Source: an uncultured Nitrososphaerota archaeon
GTDB taxonomy: Archaea; Thermoproteota; Methanomethylicia; Methanomethylicales; Methanomethylicaceae
DNA length: 64,000 nucleotides
Reading direction: 5' to 3'
NCBI GenBank assembly: GCA_964634735.1
Contig: CAZWMA010000001.1
Coordinates: forward strand, 73,350-137,349
Positions 49,452 to 59,479 of this stretch are shown piece by piece. Every line of letters starts with the position of its first letter. Position 1 is the stretch's first letter. A program made the translations under genes and the position numbers. Under the pieces are notes generated by a model. That model saw only the letters and a list, made by a program, of their open reading frames with translations, had not been told where the DNA came from and did not search any database.

Positions 49452-50051
49452 ATGTCGAAAAAGACTGCGCGAAAAGGTCGGCTTGTGATAGTTACTGGAA
49501 TACCTGGCGTAGGGAAGACGACGGTCCTCAATGCCGCATTAGCTTTATGCAAAGCAAGGTCAATCGAAGTTGGTCTCGTCAATTATGGGAACGTAATGTT
49601 CGAAGAGGCTACGAAGAAAGGTCTCGTGAAAGTCAGGGATGAGATGCGGAAACTCCCTGTGAAATCCCAAGTCCAACTCCAGCTTGCTGCCGCTAAGGCA
49701 ATAGCCAAGTTCGCCGAAAAGGGGAACGTCATACTTGACACCCATATGTTCATAAATACCCCGAATGGTTTTATGCCTGGTATCCCTTCGTGGGTCGGTG
49801 ACTCCCTAAAGCCGAACTCCATTGCCCTCCTCGAAGCAGAGCCGAACGATATCTCCAAGAGACGGCAGAAGGACGCATCTATAAGGGCAAGGGAGGCTGA
49901 TAGCCCCGAGCGCATCACTGAGCACCAGATGATGGGCAGGGCGGGCGCTGCATCCCTGGCAATACAGACCGGGTGCACCATTGTAATAGCGCACAACAAA
50001 GAAGGCGCAGCTGAAGAGGCGGCCAAGGTAATAGCCGACCTGTTTGCATGA
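49452..50051 (+). CDS. adkA: archaeal-type adenylate kinase
   Basis: GRLVIVTGIPGVGKTT P-loop; start at Met 49452 within ORF 49365; canonical position after secY. Confidence 0.8.
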   Translation: MSKKTARKGRLVIVTGIPGVGKTTVLNAALALCKARSIEVGLVNYGNVMFEEATKKGLVKVRDEMRKLPVKSQVQLQLAAAKAIAKFAEKGNVILDTHMFINTPNGFMPGIPSWVGDSLKPNSIALLEAEPNDISKRRQKDASIRAREADSPERITEHQMMGRAGAASLAIQTGCTIVIAHNKEGAAEEAAKVIADLFA

Positions 50052-50063
50052 GGTTGATGAATA

Positions 50064-50594
50064 ATGGCTTTCGAATTCATATACGATATATTCAACGGAG
50101 TAGTTGCAGCAATATCCAACGGGCTTGGGCCTTGGAACGATTATCCTTTGGCAGCCATCTTGATCCTGCTGCTAACCATAATAATGTCCGCCATATCCGC
50201 CGCCGCCACAAGGGCCCTAGTTGACGTCGATGTGATGAGGCGGAGAAATGTTGAGCTAAAAGAATGGCAGACCGCGTATTCCGCTGCAATGCGGTCAAAA
50301 GACGAAAAAGCGATTGCAAAACTCAAGAAGAAAGAACCTGCAATTAAGCGGGTACAAACCGAGATGTCAAAGGACCAGTTCAAGCCACTGATGGTTACTA
50401 TGATCCCGTTCTTCCTGTTCTATTATATCTTCGCCGCAGTATTCGGCAACAACCAGCTGATCGTCGCTTACTCGCCGCTCGACATCCCGTTCGTCGGGTC
50501 CAACTTCAACTTCTGGATATGGTACTTCATAACATCCTTCAGCGTATCCCCGCTTATCCAGCGGCTCTTTGGAATGCCAAACTACACCGACTAA
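50064..50594 (+). CDS. DUF106 membrane protein (archaeal Oxa1/YidC/EMC3-like insertase candidate)
   Basis: 176 aa with 3 TM segments and a charged coiled-coil loop; conserved archaeal position between adk and cmk. Confidence 0.7.
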   Translation: MAFEFIYDIFNGVVAAISNGLGPWNDYPLAAILILLLTIIMSAISAAATRALVDVDVMRRRNVELKEWQTAYSAAMRSKDEKAIAKLKKKEPAIKRVQTEMSKDQFKPLMVTMIPFFLFYYIFAAVFGNNQLIVAYSPLDIPFVGSNFNFWIWYFITSFSVSPLIQRLFGMPNYTD

Positions 50595-50690
50595 CGCAGC
50601 TCTTCAAAACCTATAGCGCCCCAATCGGGGCGGCAAAAACCTTTTTTGAATGCTCGGACTCCTCTATGTCTATAGCCAAGGTGTTCTCAA

Positions 50691-51254
50691 ATGAAATCGG
50701 CATTTCCCAAAGATCTCCTGATCACAATAAGCGGCCCTGCTGGCTCTGGAAAGTCGCACTGCGCGAACAAGCTGGCCGAGCGCTTTGGAATACCTTGCCA
50801 CTCCGCGGGGTCCGTCTTCCGGTCCATGGCTCAAGAGAAGGGCATCCCTGTTGTCGAGTTCTCCAAGATAGCAGAGTCCAACCACGAGATCGACCGCGAA
50901 GTCGACAGGCGCACCGCCGAATTAGCCAAGAAGGGTGGAGCAATACTCGAGGGGAGGCTTGTCATGTGGTTCTCCGGAGAACAGAAGAAACTCAGCTTCT
51001 ACCTCACTGCGCCATTCGATGAGAGAGTTAGGCGCATCGCTGAGAGAGAATGCATATCCCTCAAGGAAGCCTCCTCGAAGACCAAAGCGAGGGAGGCAAG
51101 CGAACGCCAGAGGTACAGGAAGATTTACTCTGTTGACATATCCGACCTTTCGCGATACGACTTTGTAGTAAACACTGCGAAGTGGGACAAGGAAGCGATA
51201 GTGGAGCTGCTAGCGTCTATTATCGCCCTTCACATCAAACCTAAGGCACCGTGA
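50691..51254 (+). CDS. cmk: archaeal cytidylate kinase
   Basis: ITISGPAGSGKS P-loop; 187 aa. Confidence 0.85.
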   Translation: MKSAFPKDLLITISGPAGSGKSHCANKLAERFGIPCHSAGSVFRSMAQEKGIPVVEFSKIAESNHEIDREVDRRTAELAKKGGAILEGRLVMWFSGEQKKLSFYLTAPFDERVRRIAERECISLKEASSKTKAREASERQRYRKIYSVDISDLSRYDFVVNTAKWDKEAIVELLASIIALHIKPKAP

Positions 51255-51300
51255 GGGCGAAGCCGGCATCAGGGTAAGGTTAAGTATATTGGACTGTTGA

Positions 51301-52311
51301 GTGTTCTTTGATGTAATGGTATGGTGTCCGATATTGGAGCGCATCGAGGAGTATCTGGTCAAGAGCGAAGAGAGGTCGAGCCCCAACCATGGGTGGGCAC
51401 CTTCCGAACGTCCAATAAAGGAGTATCTCTCGACGGGTGTTATCAACCTAGACAAGCCGCCAGGTCCGAGCAGCCATGAGGTCGTAGCTTGGGTCAAGCG
51501 CTTGCTGGCGGTTAACCGCTCCGGGCACGGAGGCACGCTCGATCCGAAGGTAAGCGGCGTCTTGCCGGTGACGCTTGGTCGGGCAACCAGGATTATAGCA
51601 TTCATGATGAGATCAGGCAAGGAGTATGTCTGCCTGATGGAGCTGCATGAGGCGGTCAAAGAGGAGCGCCTGATGGAGGTGATTAAGGACTTCGTCGGCC
51701 CCATATACCAGCTCCCTCCAGTCAGGTCCGCCGTGAAGAGGGCGCTGCGAATAAGGACCATATACTCCATCGACATAATCGAAATCAACGGCAAATTCGT
51801 TCTGATGCGCGTCATCTGCGAGGCTGGTACCTATATCCGGAAGCTATGCCACGATATCGGCGAGGTCCTTGGATGCGGCGCGCACATGCGCGAGCTCCGC
51901 AGGACGAGGGCTGGTCCATTCAAGGAGACCGAGGGGATACATACCCTGCACGAGCTGCTGGATGCGCTAACCCTCTGGAAGTCTACGGGAGACGAGTCTT
52001 TGCTGAGGGCAATTGTCAGGCCTATAGAGGAAGCTATTCGCCCATTCCCCAAGGTCGTCGTGCGGGACTCTGCGGTTGATGCGTTCTGCCACGGCGCGAA
52101 CTTGGCATCCCCCGGGCTGCTCAAGCTTAACTCATCTATCAAAGCGGGAGACGGCGTCTGCGTAATGACCGGGAAGGGGGAGCTTGTCGGCCTTGGCAAG
52201 GCAAGGATGTCCGCTCAAGAGATGATGAAGGTCGACCACGGCATACTAGTTGACAACGAGCGCGTCGTAATGGATTTAGGAACATACCCCAAGGGCTGGT
52301 CCGTCAAGTGA
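51301..52311 (+). CDS. cbf5: H/ACA RNP pseudouridine synthase Cbf5 (TruB family with PUA domain)
   Basis: GVINLDKPPGPSSHEVVAWVKR...GHGGTLDPKVSGVLPV catalytic Asp motif and C-terminal PUA. Confidence 0.85.
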   Translation: MFFDVMVWCPILERIEEYLVKSEERSSPNHGWAPSERPIKEYLSTGVINLDKPPGPSSHEVVAWVKRLLAVNRSGHGGTLDPKVSGVLPVTLGRATRIIAFMMRSGKEYVCLMELHEAVKEERLMEVIKDFVGPIYQLPPVRSAVKRALRIRTIYSIDIIEINGKFVLMRVICEAGTYIRKLCHDIGEVLGCGAHMRELRRTRAGPFKETEGIHTLHELLDALTLWKSTGDESLLRAIVRPIEEAIRPFPKVVVRDSAVDAFCHGANLASPGLLKLNSSIKAGDGVCVMTGKGELVGLGKARMSAQEMMKVDHGILVDNERVVMDLGTYPKGWSVK

Positions 52312-52943
52312 AAGGGGCGGAAGTCAAGGACGATAATCCTCACACTCAGCACTACTATTCCAAATCCCCGCGTCGCTCCAACAAGAGTTATATGATAAAG
52401 TTCACCGTGAAAGGGCAGATAATCGAGCTGGCCAGTTCAGGCGGAGTCTTCTCAAAGGGAAAGGTCGATCTGGGGACCCAGATACTTCTAGGGAGCATTA
52501 CCCTTCCAGAACACGGCAACGCGCTTGACCTTGGGTGCGGTTACGGCGTAATCGGTATAACGGTTGCAAAGATGCGACCGAGGATGAGGGTGACCCTAGT
52601 TGACGTGAACCCCGTCGCAGTGAAACTTGCTGCCCAAAACATAGAGCGCAACGCGGTTGGCAATGCCGTGGCGATGGCTAGCGATCTATATTCCGCATTG
52701 GCCGACTCATGCTTCGACATAATCATCTCAAACCCTCCGCTCGCTGCCGGTTATGCCGTCATATTTCCAATGATTGAGGGTGCAGCCTCCCACCTTAATG
52801 AAGGCGGTCAGCTTGTCTTCGTGCTTAGGAAGGGCGTCAACGCAATTCCAAAGAAGATGGAAGTGGTCTTTGGGAACGTTGAGCTTGTATCGAGGAAGAG
52901 CGGCTACCGCGTCTTCAGGTCCGTAAAAAGACCCGCAGCTTAA
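52308..52943 (+). CDS. class I SAM-dependent methyltransferase (small-domain / RsmC-like)
   Basis: LDLGCGYGVIGI SAM motif I and NPPL motif IV; GTG start overlapping the cbf5 stop. Confidence 0.7.
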   Translation: MKGAEVKDDNPHTQHYYSKSPRRSNKSYMIKFTVKGQIIELASSGGVFSKGKVDLGTQILLGSITLPEHGNALDLGCGYGVIGITVAKMRPRMRVTLVDVNPVAVKLAAQNIERNAVGNAVAMASDLYSALADSCFDIIISNPPLAAGYAVIFPMIEGAASHLNEGGQLVFVLRKGVNAIPKKMEVVFGNVELVSRKSGYRVFRSVKRPAA

Positions 52944-53020
52944 GACTGTACGCCCATTGCCAAAAAAAGAAAAAGCACAAAAAGAAGTACTTGCTGATTC
53001 CTAAGAAGAGCGTTGCTCAA

Positions 53021-53148
53021 GCCGAAGTATCCTAGCCTGGTAGGGAGCAATCTTAAGAAGGCTCATGCCTGGAGAACAGGCTAGTGCCTGCCAAGTCAGC
53101 TTGTGACTCGTCAGGGTCTCGGGGGTTCGAATCCCCCCTTCGGCGCCA
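53021..53148 (+). tRNA. intron-containing class II tRNA, probably tRNA-Leu (UAA), CCA encoded
   Basis: Acceptor GCCGAAG/CUUCGGC, D-arm UCCU-AGCCUGGU-AGGG, anticodon stem GCAAU with loop CUUAAGA (UAA), ~41-nt insertion containing a GCCUG/CAGGC hairpin, 3' stem strand CUUGU (one mismatch), 16-nt variable arm, T-arm GGGGG-UUCGAAU-CCCCC, G, CCA; mature length 87 nt. Confidence 0.6.
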
Positions 53149-53286
53149 CTATCTATCTGCTAACAATCATAATAATCATCAACGTTGCCCTGCCTGACCG
53201 GCTCTCACCAACCATTGCACTTGGCTTTTCTGCGCCGTTAGAGTTAAATAGTATTATATTGTTTCTTATTTGCCTCGAAGAAGGGG

Positions 53287-53784
53287 ATGCGTCTATTGAG
53301 TTCATCGTTTAGACATATTGTCCGAATAATTGATGCGGACCTGAAAGGAGAAGATAAGGTAGCGTACGCTTTGAGCAACATCAGGGGCGTGGGCATCAAT
53401 ATGGCATATGCCATTACCCGGACATGCGGCGTCGACCCGGAGGGTCGAGTTGGCTTGCTTCAGGATAGCGATCTCAAGAGGTTAGAAGAGTCGCTCACGA
53501 CGATCCAGGGTAAGTTCCCGTCTCATATGCTCAACAGAAGGAAAGATCCTTTTACTGGTAAAGATATGCACTTACTCGGCTCAGATCTGGTAGTAGGTAT
53601 GAAGTCCGACATTGACCTCATGAGGAAATCCAAGTCTTGGAAGGGTGTAAGACACTCCTTGGGCCTCAAAGTCCGCGGGCAGTGCACAAGGACTACTGGC
53701 AGGTTTGGCACCGCAGTAGGTGTTTCAAAGAAATCTGCGGTTCAGCAAGCCCAGAAGGCTACTGCCCCCGCAGAAACAAAGTGA
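53287..53784 (+). CDS. rps13: ribosomal protein S13 (uS13)
   Basis: SFRHIVRIIDADLKGEDKVAYALSNIRGVGINMA is the uS13 N-terminus. Confidence 0.85.
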   Translation: MRLLSSSFRHIVRIIDADLKGEDKVAYALSNIRGVGINMAYAITRTCGVDPEGRVGLLQDSDLKRLEESLTTIQGKFPSHMLNRRKDPFTGKDMHLLGSDLVVGMKSDIDLMRKSKSWKGVRHSLGLKVRGQCTRTTGRFGTAVGVSKKSAVQQAQKATAPAETK

Positions 53785-53794
53785 GGTTTTCTGA

Positions 53795-54310
53795 ATGGGT
53801 GATCCTAAGAAAAGCAGACGACTGTGGCAAGGGCCAAGACATCCTTGGAAGAAGGAGAACTTGGAGAAAGAGCTCGCCTTACTCGGCAAATTCGGTCTGA
53901 GGAATAAAAGGGAACTCTGGTTAGCTACTTCGGTTTTAAAGTCCTACAGGGCTCAAGCAAGTTCCATATTGGGTCTTGGGGACGAAGAGAGGATAATGCG
54001 CGAAAAAGACCTTATCAAGAAGCTCTCAAACTTGGGTCTTTTTGGTGAGGAGTCTGTTCTCGACAACGTCTTGGGTCTGAGTGTTGATGATATTCTGGAG
54101 CGCAGGCTTCAGACCGTAGTTCTCAAACTCGGCTTAGCGCACACGCCGCACCAGTCTAGACAACTTATTGTTCACGGTCATATAAAGATCGGCAATAGAC
54201 GCGTGACGACGCCTGGATACATGGTGAGCAGGAACGAGGAGCCGCAGATAACCTGCAACCTCGCTCTCGCGGCAGTAACTCCTGAACCAGCCGCAGCAAA
54301 GGGGGCATAA
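53795..54310 (+). CDS. rps4: ribosomal protein S4 (uS4)
   Basis: 171 aa; MGDPKKSRRLWQGPRHPW N-terminus and S4 RNA-binding domain. Confidence 0.9.
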   Translation: MGDPKKSRRLWQGPRHPWKKENLEKELALLGKFGLRNKRELWLATSVLKSYRAQASSILGLGDEERIMREKDLIKKLSNLGLFGEESVLDNVLGLSVDDILERRLQTVVLKLGLAHTPHQSRQLIVHGHIKIGNRRVTTPGYMVSRNEEPQITCNLALAAVTPEPAAAKGA

Positions 54311-54313
54311 TGA

Positions 54314-54715
54314 TTGTCCAGATTTGACAAAAGCATGAAATGGGGCTTAGCTAACATATACAGCTCATACAATAACACTATTGTCCACATTACAGACCTC
54401 ACAGGCGCTGAGACTGTCGCATTCCAATCTGGAGGGCGAATCGTTAAGTCAGACCGCGAGAAGCCATCTCCGTACGCCGCAATGGTTTCAGCCACGAGGG
54501 CAGCGCAAGAGGCGCTGGAGAAGGGTATCAGCGGGATACACATCAAGATCAGAGCTCCGGGCGGACACAAGAGCAAGACCCCTGGCCCAGGCGCACAGGC
54601 ATCTATCAGGGCGCTCGCACGAGCCGGGATGATAATAGGAAGGATAGAAGACGTTACCCCTGTCCCTCACGACACCACAAGAAGACCTGGTGGCAGGAGA
54701 GGAAGGAGGGTTTAA
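54314..54715 (+). CDS. rps11: ribosomal protein S11 (uS11)
   Basis: 133 aa; [14 protein letters not shown] core. Confidence 0.9.
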   Translation: MSRFDKSMKWGLANIYSSYNNTIVHITDLTGAETVAFQSGGRIVKSDREKPSPYAAMVSATRAAQEALEKGISGIHIKIRAPGGHKSKTPGPGAQASIRALARAGMIIGRIEDVTPVPHDTTRRPGGRRGRRV

Positions 54716-54759
54716 TCGAGAAGGCTTAAATATCCTTCTCCATTTTTCAAATTAAAATC

Positions 54760-55581
54760 ATGGAGGCATGTTCCGTGGACGTTGATATTCTCAGCACGAA
54801 TGATGGGCAGCTCAAATTGATAGTTAAGGCAGTTGACCCTACATTCATGAATGCGCTTAGGCGAATCATAATGGCTGAGGTGCCTGTAGCATCGATCGAC
54901 ATGCTCTACATTATGGAGAATACTGGCGTCCTATATGATGAGATCATCGCCCACAGAATGGGATATATCCCTCTGAAAGGCGGTGAGGGTCTAATATTCA
55001 CAAAGGATTGCGACTGCAAAGGCCAAGGATGCCCGAGGTGCGAGGCAATCCTCACGATGAAAGTTACCGCAACCGAGGACAACTTCAAGGTTCTCTCAGG
55101 TAGGCTGAAGGCAGAAGGTTCTGTCTTTGTTGCCAATAACGACATTCCGATTGCAGAGCTGAATGCCGGCCAGAAGATAGAGCTGGAAGCAAGGGCGAGG
55201 CTCGGAACAGGAAAGGATCATGCGAAGTGGCAGCCCGTCTCTGTAGCGGTTGTCAGTTATGAACCGCTGATAAAGATAGACCAGAAGAAATGCGACCTTT
55301 GCGCACTGTGTATCGATGAGTGCCCGAAAAAGATACTGGCTATCAAGGAAAAGCGGCTGGTCGTGACCTCGACGCTATCCTGCTCGCTCTGCAAGGTTTG
55401 CGAGAGCGTCTGCCCGAAAGACGCAATCAAGGTATCTCATAACGAATCAAATGCAGTATTGATGTTGGAGAGCGCAGGCGGACCTACGAACGAGGAGCTT
55501 GTATTTGCCGCGTCAGATGTTCTGTCCAACAAATGTTCAAGCTTAAGACAAGCATTAAAAGAATTACCGGAGGCAGCGTAA
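54760..55581 (+). CDS. rpoD: DNA-directed RNA polymerase subunit D (Rpb3 homolog) with 4Fe-4S ferredoxin-like insert
   Basis: 273 aa; dimerisation domain plus CDLCALCIDECP and CSLCKVCESVCP cluster motifs. Confidence 0.85.
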   Translation: MEACSVDVDILSTNDGQLKLIVKAVDPTFMNALRRIIMAEVPVASIDMLYIMENTGVLYDEIIAHRMGYIPLKGGEGLIFTKDCDCKGQGCPRCEAILTMKVTATEDNFKVLSGRLKAEGSVFVANNDIPIAELNAGQKIELEARARLGTGKDHAKWQPVSVAVVSYEPLIKIDQKKCDLCALCIDECPKKILAIKEKRLVVTSTLSCSLCKVCESVCPKDAIKVSHNESNAVLMLESAGGPTNEELVFAASDVLSNKCSSLRQALKELPEAA

Positions 55582-55947
55582 ATGGCAAAAAGAACACTAC
55601 CTACAAATCCGAAGACAAGGCGCCTGATCAAGCTACTCAGGAAGAGTTCTAGGTCAAACGATTCAACGCTATGGCGAAGCCTGTCGGATTCTCTTTCAAC
55701 GCCAACAAGGCAGAGGATCTCGTTAAATGTAAGCAAGATTGAAAAGCTCGCAGAGGAAGGAGACACCGTTGTGGTCCCGGGGAAGGTCTTGGGATTCGGC
55801 AACATAAGCAAGAAGGTTAATGTTGCTGCGCTCTCGTTCAGCCAGTCCGCAAGGGTAAAGATAGCTGAGACCGGCGGCAAGGCGCTCACTATCGAAGCGC
55901 TGATCTCCATGAATCCGCATGGAAAGAATGTTAAGATATTGAGGTGA
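55582..55947 (+). CDS. rpl18e: ribosomal protein L18e
   Basis: 121 aa; MAKRTLPTNPKTRRLIKLLRK. Confidence 0.85.
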   Translation: MAKRTLPTNPKTRRLIKLLRKSSRSNDSTLWRSLSDSLSTPTRQRISLNVSKIEKLAEEGDTVVVPGKVLGFGNISKKVNVAALSFSQSARVKIAETGGKALTIEALISMNPHGKNVKILR

Positions 55948-56390
55948 ACCTGATGTCCGATGTTGTTTATATTGACGGCACAAATCTTCGGTTTGGCAGG
56001 GTAGCTTCCAAAGTAGCGAAGCGCCTGATCAACGGCGAAAACGTAGTCGTAGTGAATGTTGAAAAGATGGCTGTTTCAGGCAGCAGGGCTTCTGTAATGA
56101 GCAAATACGAGCGATGGATGCTGCTCACTACTCACAAGAACCCTGATAAAGTTGGTATCAAGCAGCACCGTTCCCCGGACAGGATGTTGTTCTTCTCGAT
56201 AAGGAGCATGCTTCCCAAGTCGCCTACGGGGAAAGATGCGCTCAAGAGGCTTAAGGTTTACATCGGCGTGCCCGAGGAGCTCAAGTCCGTAAAGCTGCAG
56301 AGCATAGATGAGGCTAATGTAAAGACATTGAGGGGCAACTACATGCTTTTGGATGAGGTTTCAAAGACTTTAGGGTGGGCTGTTAAATGA
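55944..56390 (+). CDS. rpl13: ribosomal protein L13 (uL13)
   Basis: 148 aa; the translation matches uL13. Confidence 0.9.
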   Translation: MNLMSDVVYIDGTNLRFGRVASKVAKRLINGENVVVVNVEKMAVSGSRASVMSKYERWMLLTTHKNPDKVGIKQHRSPDRMLFFSIRSMLPKSPTGKDALKRLKVYIGVPEELKSVKLQSIDEANVKTLRGNYMLLDEVSKTLGWAVK

Positions 56391-56791
56391 GCGAGAAGCT
56401 AGTTATTGTAAGCGGGAAGAGGAAGACTGCGGTGGCCCGAGCTACCGCAACAAACGGCAACGGTAAGGTCTTCATAAATAATGTTCCATTGGAAATATTC
56501 CAGCCGATGATTGCCAAGCTCAAGATACAGGAGCCGATATTCGTGGTTGGGGAAGAGTTCTCCAGCAAGGTCGATGTCGACGTAATGATCCAAGGCGGCG
56601 GTTTCATGGCCCAGGCTGAAGCGGCGCGCGTCGTAGTCTCCAACGCACTCTCTGAATTCGGTGGCGAAGCAGTGCGGAGGAAGTTGCTTGAGTACGACCG
56701 AAGGATGCTCGTCGATGACCCAAGAAGGACCGAGCCAAAGAAATTCGGTGGGCACAGCGCAAGGAGAAGGAAGCAAAAATCTTACAGATGA
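56387..56791 (+). CDS. rps9: ribosomal protein S9 (uS9)
   Basis: 134 aa; GGGFMAQAEAARVVVSNAL and C-terminal RRKQKSYR. Confidence 0.9.
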   Translation: MSEKLVIVSGKRKTAVARATATNGNGKVFINNVPLEIFQPMIAKLKIQEPIFVVGEEFSSKVDVDVMIQGGGFMAQAEAARVVVSNALSEFGGEAVRRKLLEYDRRMLVDDPRRTEPKKFGGHSARRRKQKSYR

Positions 56792-56801
56792 GTGACATCC
56801 A

Positions 56802-57020
56802 ATGATCATCCCTGTTCGCTGCTTTACCTGCGGCAAAGTGATAGCCGACAAATGGGAGCAGTTTAAATCTGAAGTTTCGAAGGGGGAGAACCCTGCTGTC
56901 GTGCTCGATCGCTTAGGCGTTAAGAGGTACTGCTGCAGGAGGATGTTTCTGTCGCATGTTGATCTAGTTGAGGAAGCACTCAAGTTTTCTGTCAACACGA
57001 AAGAAGAAGGAAAAATATAA
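56802..57020 (+). CDS. rpoN: DNA-directed RNA polymerase subunit N (Rpb10 homolog)
   Basis: [21 protein letters not shown]...[14 protein letters not shown] zinc-binding motif. Confidence 0.85.
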   Translation: MIIPVRCFTCGKVIADKWEQFKSEVSKGENPAVVLDRLGVKRYCCRRMFLSHVDLVEEALKFSVNTKEEGKI

Positions 57021-57072
57021 AAGGTAAGGTAGAATTTTGAGAGATGCATTACAATCATAAGGTGGAACTTTA

Positions 57073-57726
57073 ATGGCAACACTCGAAACCGCCGACCTGC
57101 TCATACCCCTTGAGGTTTATCTCGCAGCCGGCATTCATATCGGCACTCATGTGAAGACAAACGACATGAAGCCATTCATTTACAGGGTAAGGCCAGATGG
57201 TTTGTATGTACTTGACGTAAGAAAAACCGACGAAAGGATCAGGACTGCTTCAAAGTTCATAGCAAGATTCAAGGCTGAGAAGGTATTCGCATCTTCAGCG
57301 AGGCAGTACGGCTTCAAGCCAGTCGACAAGTTCACATCAATGATCGGCGGTAAAGCGCTTACAGGCAGGTTCATACCGGGCACATTCACGAATCCCAAGC
57401 TCTCCAATTACGCGGAGCCGGACCTCCTGATAGTGACCGATCCGCGCGCGGACTGGCAGGCAATGGTTGAGGCAGCAGAGGTCGGCATACCCGTCATGGG
57501 ATTCTGCGACACAGACAACCGGTCTCAGCTTATGGACTTGGTCATACCAATCAACAACAAAGGAAGGAAATCGCTTGCGCTCGCTTATTGGCTCTTGACC
57601 CGGCAGATTCTCCGGGAGAGAGGCGAACTCGGCCCGACGGCTGACCTCCCAGCAACGCTTGAGGACTTCGAGTCCAAGATGCTCGTTGCCGAAGAGGAGT
57701 ATGGCGAGTATGAACTCGAGGGATAG
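57073..57726 (+). CDS. rps2: ribosomal protein S2 (uS2)
   Basis: 217 aa; [17 protein letters not shown] and [22 protein letters not shown] motifs. Confidence 0.9.
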   Translation: MATLETADLLIPLEVYLAAGIHIGTHVKTNDMKPFIYRVRPDGLYVLDVRKTDERIRTASKFIARFKAEKVFASSARQYGFKPVDKFTSMIGGKALTGRFIPGTFTNPKLSNYAEPDLLIVTDPRADWQAMVEAAEVGIPVMGFCDTDNRSQLMDLVIPINNKGRKSLALAYWLLTRQILRERGELGPTADLPATLEDFESKMLVAEEEYGEYELEG

Positions 57727-58561
57727 ACGCCCCCGAGTTTCAAACGCTTTTTACGAAGGTACGCCATCCCGTCTAAGCGAGGAGCTTAGATGGTGCTTCC
57801 TTCACAAAGTCGGACCGCACTCTCTGCCTAGCGCAGAACGGTCAAGCCTTAAACGATCGTTGGCCATAGTCTCACCGCACGCGGGGTACGCTTATTCTGG
57901 ACCAGTCGCAGCCCACGGGTACCTCGCCCTCGCCCAAGAGCAGCCGCCTGATGTTGCCGTAATACTGGGGCCGAACCACACCGGGAATGGCGCAGGCATC
58001 TCAATATGGGGCGAGGGAGGATGGCTAACGCCAATGGGCAGGCTGGCAATCGATGAGCACGTTGCAAAAACTATTGCCGCTTCGGGCTCAGCAGAACTCG
58101 ACGAAGATGCCCACGAATATGAGCACTCCGTCGAGGTCCAGCTGCCTTTCCTGCAGTTTGTCTTTGGCAACAACTTAAAGATCGTTCCAATATGCATGAT
58201 GCTTCAAGATTATGAATCATCGAGAGAATTGGGGCTTTCAATCGCAGAAGCATTGAAGGGGCACCGCGCGATCATAATTGCAAGCACGGACTTTTCGCAT
58301 TATGTCCCATACAAGGAGGCTTACAGGAAGGACTCGATAGTCGGCAGTGCGATAACCGCCATGGACGCTAAAGCAGTCGAGGTTGCCGTGCGGCGTGAGG
58401 CAATAAGCATGTGCGGCCCTGGACCAGTGATGGCGACTATTACTGCTGCCCTTTCGATGGGTGCGGGGTCATGCGAGAAGCTCTGCTATGCGACATCCGG
58501 CGACACTTCAGGCGACAAGGACAAGGTAGTCGGATACGGCTCTTTTATCATGCGCGAGTAG
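57710..58561 (+). CDS. MEMO1-family protein (AmmeMemoRadiSam system protein B-like)
   Basis: [14 protein letters not shown]...[18 protein letters not shown]...GPNHTG motifs; start at Met 57710 (or 57701), overlapping the rps2 3' end. Confidence 0.75.
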   Translation: MNSRDRRPRVSNAFYEGTPSRLSEELRWCFLHKVGPHSLPSAERSSLKRSLAIVSPHAGYAYSGPVAAHGYLALAQEQPPDVAVILGPNHTGNGAGISIWGEGGWLTPMGRLAIDEHVAKTIAASGSAELDEDAHEYEHSVEVQLPFLQFVFGNNLKIVPICMMLQDYESSRELGLSIAEALKGHRAIIIASTDFSHYVPYKEAYRKDSIVGSAITAMDAKAVEVAVRREAISMCGPGPVMATITAALSMGAGSCEKLCYATSGDTSGDKDKVVGYGSFIMRE

Positions 58562-58630
58562 CTGGCGCCACAATAAAAAGCAAGGGTTAATTGATTTGCT
58601 GCAGCATATCTTAATGCGGCTGACCATACC

Positions 58631-59479
58631 ATGGCTCCGGAGAAGCACAACCTCTCGATTCCATACGCCATCCCTCTGCTGGGCGAATCATTCATTAGTG
58701 CGGGATCCCCGGTCATAGTCGCCGCCACAAACCTCAGGATGCGCGTCTCGTGCACCATCGAAGGATGCGGATTTGCGGACGCAGACATTGGCTCACTGCA
58801 GCTGAGAAAGGCTGCCAATCGCGCCCTGAAAGCTGCCGGCATCTCAGGTAAATTATCATTCTCATTTCCAGATCTTCAGATATGGGGGCAATCCGACGCC
58901 GATCTGCTTGCGACAGCTTCTTGCCTGTACTTGGCAGGTTCGGACACGATGGAATCGGTCGCTCCAATGCTCCTCAAAAACGCTGACGACAGGGCGTTCA
59001 TCGACCTGATGCGCGCCATGACGAGCCTTTCCGGTGGCTTTACAGCTGGGAGGCGTGGCGAAGGGCTGGTCTCAATCGATGGCAGCATGGGTGCCTTCAT
59101 CTGCGCCAAGCTCGCCAGGAAGCGACGGAGCGTAAGGCCCGCGCTAGCCCAATTTAGCGCCCTCTATCCCGAAGTTTCGGAACCGTTCTGGCACATGATC
59201 AGTCATTTGGCGCTTCAGGGGATAGACGCCATAAAGTCAAACGACGCCCCCATGCTTGGCAGGATCATGAGCTTGGAGGCGCGCCTCTCCCTCGCTGCTG
59301 GACTATCAAACGAACTGGAGCTGATGCGCCTGTCCAGGGCTATGCAGTCGCTTGGCTGCAAGCCTGTCTCATGCGACGGCGTCTCAGGAGAGCTGTACCT
59401 CATCGACGGGGTCATTGCGCCGCCATCCGGGCGCCTCATGCTGAAGTTTGAATCAGAGGGTGTTAATACTATTGGCTGA
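58631..59479 (+). CDS. GHMP-kinase-like protein with degenerate ATP-binding motifs, at the mevalonate kinase position
   Basis: N-terminus PYAIPLLGESFISAGSPVIVAATNLRMRV matches the MVK motif 1 region; motif 2 (P.GSGLGSSAA) reads PDLQIWGQSDAD and motif 3 reads KPVSCDGVSGE; sits upstream of ipk-fni-idsA. Confidence 0.55.
   Translation: MAPEKHNLSIPYAIPLLGESFISAGSPVIVAATNLRMRVSCTIEGCGFADADIGSLQLRKAANRALKAAGISGKLSFSFPDLQIWGQSDADLLATASCLYLAGSDTMESVAPMLLKNADDRAFIDLMRAMTSLSGGFTAGRRGEGLVSIDGSMGAFICAKLARKRRSVRPALAQFSALYPEVSEPFWHMISHLALQGIDAIKSNDAPMLGRIMSLEARLSLAAGLSNELELMRLSRAMQSLGCKPVSCDGVSGELYLIDGVIAPPSGRLMLKFESEGVNTIG

Noticed and set aside
55300-55440. Two CxxCxxCxxxCP ferredoxin motifs inside rpoD
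   Set aside because: A 4Fe-4S domain in RNAP subunit D is a known feature of many archaea, so it is not flagged as novel.
57659-57709. Upstream extension of the MEMO-like ORF overlapping rps2
   Set aside because: It is in a different frame from rps2 and has no homology; MEMO-family homology begins near Met 57701/57710.
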